Shown here in pieces: positions 48,051 to 50,201 of a DNA stretch of 50,201 nt. Below the pieces are notes generated by a model. It was not told where the DNA came from. It searched no databases and worked only from the letters and a program-made list of their open reading frames with translations. This DNA is from Chiloscyllium plagiosum (Eukaryota). Positions within the stretch are counted from its first letter, which is position 1, and every line of letters begins with the position of its first letter. The stretch is taken from assembly GCF_004010195.1 (NCBI RefSeq), contig NC_057750.1, forward strand, positions 375,353 to 425,553. The letters run 5' to 3'. Both the position numbers and the translations under genes were made by a program.

Positions 48051-49049
48051 CCAGAGAAAGGTTTGTAAAACAAAACATTGAAAAACAGAGAAAAGGTTTA
48101 TAGAATGGAATGAAAGGAATTTTTAATGTTGAGTCATACAGGTCTACAGAACAGAAAAAGGCATTTCAGCTCATTGAGATTATGCAAGTCAAAACCAAGC
48201 ACCTAACTATTTTAATTCCAAATAGATATGCTCTCTGAAATTTGAAGAAGTCGCAGGTAAAAGAATTTCTAAACTGTTTTGCAACACAATAAATTATGCC
48301 CAGGAGTTTTATCTGCAATCAGTTTCCTCATAAGACTATTTTATATGCTCCAGGTATATTGGAAGCTTTTTTAAATAAACAAGAGAAAATGTTGTTCCAT
48401 TCTGAATTGCCCTTAACCATTTTAAATCTTTTTTTTGGTCCCATTTCGTGCTTGAGATATTATTTATGAAAGGACTGAAATTTTCAATCATCATTGCTGT
48501 GAAAGATTTCACACTAATGGATGCCTCAGGACTGAGCAGTTTCTGTTGTATCAACTGCTTGAGGTTGACCTTACTTAACTTGGTAAGGGATGTGATTTAT
48601 GGGTTAGTGGTTTCGGGTAAGATGAGACAGAAATATTTCAATTTGTCTTAATTTATGATTGCTCAGTGCAGAAATAAATGAGACTCCTGGTTAGCTAATC
48701 TCAGCTGCACTGGCAGTTACAGGGTTCTAATTCAGATCTACTTGGGCTAAAATAGTGGGGGTGGCTGGGGAAGAGGAATAAAGGAAAATAAGGCAGGGTT
48801 CCTGATCAGATGGCAATGACTCAGTCCCTACTGCAAATTCATCCTCAGTCCATGTTAGCAGAAGGCTGGAATGTGATTGTCTGATGCCCCAAATTTAGAA
48901 AAACCTCCTGACTATCTAGACCCAGATGTGATAGAACTGCAGTCCAACTTAGCACATTCAATTCAAAAGGAGAAACACAAATGGGGAATAGAGATGACTT
49001 ACTACCTGAGGGTGAGCTGGGAAGAATAGATACAATTATATGATCATCC

Positions 49050-49220
49050 AAGGAGCAGGAGTAAGCCATTCAGTTCCTCAGGCCTACTCTGCCAATCAGT
49101 GAGATCATGGATGATCTGATTGTAATCTCAAATCTGCATTCTTGCCAACCTCAATAATCTTTCACCCTGTACATCTCCTTATCAAGAACTTATCTACCTC
49201 TGCCTTGAAAATATTTTAGG
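49050..49220 (-). mobile_element. CR1 3' tail
   Basis: aggagcaggagtaagccattcag...gagatcatggatgatctg...tatctacctctgccttgaaaatatt. Confidence 0.75.
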
Positions 49221-49244
49221 ATATAGTATGGTCAAGATAATTGA

Positions 49245-49752
49245 TTGATTGATTTATTGTTGTCACATGTACCGAGATACAGTGAAAAATGTTGTTTTGT
49301 CTGCTATACAGGCAGATCGTACATTACAAAGAGCATCAGGATAGCAGAACGGAGTGCAGAATATACAGTGTTACAGCCGCAGAGAAGGTGCAGAGAGAGG
49401 GATCGACATTAGCATTGAGAAGTCCATTCAAAAGTCTGCTAACAGCAGGAAAGAAGCTGTTCTTAAATCTGTTGGTACGTGTTTTCAAACTTGTTTAACT
49501 GCTGCCCGATGGAAGAGGATGGAAGAGAGTTTCACCAGGGTGGGAAGGGTCTTTGATGTTGTAGGTTGCTTTCCCAAGGCAGCAGGAAGTGTAGATGGAG
49601 TCAATGGATGGAAGGACTGGGCTGTGTTCAGGAATCTGCATAGTTTCTTACAGTCTTGGCAAGGGCAGTTGCCATAACAAGCTGTAATGCATTCAGATAG
49701 GATGCTTTCTATGATGCATACATGAGAGTCAATAAGAGTCATTGTGGACATG
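49245..49752 (-). mobile_element. Rex1-like LINE 3' end
   Basis: CIIESILSECITACYGNC; similar to 41700-42210; (TCAA)n tail. Confidence 0.85.
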
Positions 49753-50060
49753 ATGAATTTAAAAAGGAGGTCCTCAAGAGTAGCAATATCTGGATTACTC
49801 CCAGTGCTACGAGCTAGTGAGGGCAGGAATAGGAGGATAAAGCAGATGAATGCATGGCTGAGGAGCTGGTGTATGGGAGAAGGATTCACATATTTGGATC
49901 ATTGGAATCTCTTTTGGGTAGAAGTGACCTGTACAAGAAGGACGGATTGCACCTGAATTGGAAGGGGATTAATACATTGGCTGAGAGGTTTGTTCGAGCT
50001 GCTCGTGAGGATTTAAACTAGTAAGGTGGAGGGTGGAACCCAGAGAGCTAGTGAGGAAAG
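49753..50060 (+). mobile_element. CR1 ORF1 (SGNH esterase-like) C-terminal fragment
   Basis: LKRRSSRVAISGLLPVLRASEGRNRRIKQMNAWLRSWC..EGF.YLDHWNLFW, then after a frameshift DLYKKDGLHLNWKG. Confidence 0.85.
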
Positions 50061-50201
50061 ATATCCTCACTTCTGCCCCCATCATGGCCACTCCCAAAAC
50101 CACTTCCACCCCTCACAATTCCTCATGCATCACACGTGACATCACATCCGCCCCTCACATCATCGCTGATGCCATACTCAGTGACTTCCCCCACCCCTAC
50201 T

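Overview
This is AT-rich, repeat-dense vertebrate genomic DNA. The repeat repertoire (HE1/V-SINE-like and DeuSINE-like SINEs, many CR1 LINEs, Rex1-like LINEs, Penelope-like elements) points to a shark or other elasmobranch; this is inference from recalled family sequences, not from a database search. I can support no host protein-coding exon, and every recognisable ORF is a retroelement fragment. The only host-gene signal is a repeat-free island at ~14.0-17.1 kb. It holds a near-perfect REST/NRSF RE1 site (15017-15037) and a good splice donor (after 15372), so it is probably the promoter and first exon of a neuronal gene on +, with the rest of the window as intron 1. Most notable observations: (i) about a dozen minimal hammerhead-ribozyme motifs, in at least three sequence families with covarying stems, on Penelope-like element (PLE) termini; (ii) many short PLE insertions, often fold-backs with 10-17 bp target-site duplications, whose boundaries or inversion points fall at the ribozyme; (iii) a 2.2-kb PLE fold-back inserted with one 13-bp TSD, whose outer arms are far more alike than its inner arms; (iv) a second long inverted repeat of mostly unrecognised sequence at 47.1-48.05 kb. 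There are two assembly gaps. Repeat boundaries were read by eye and are approximate unless a TSD is given.
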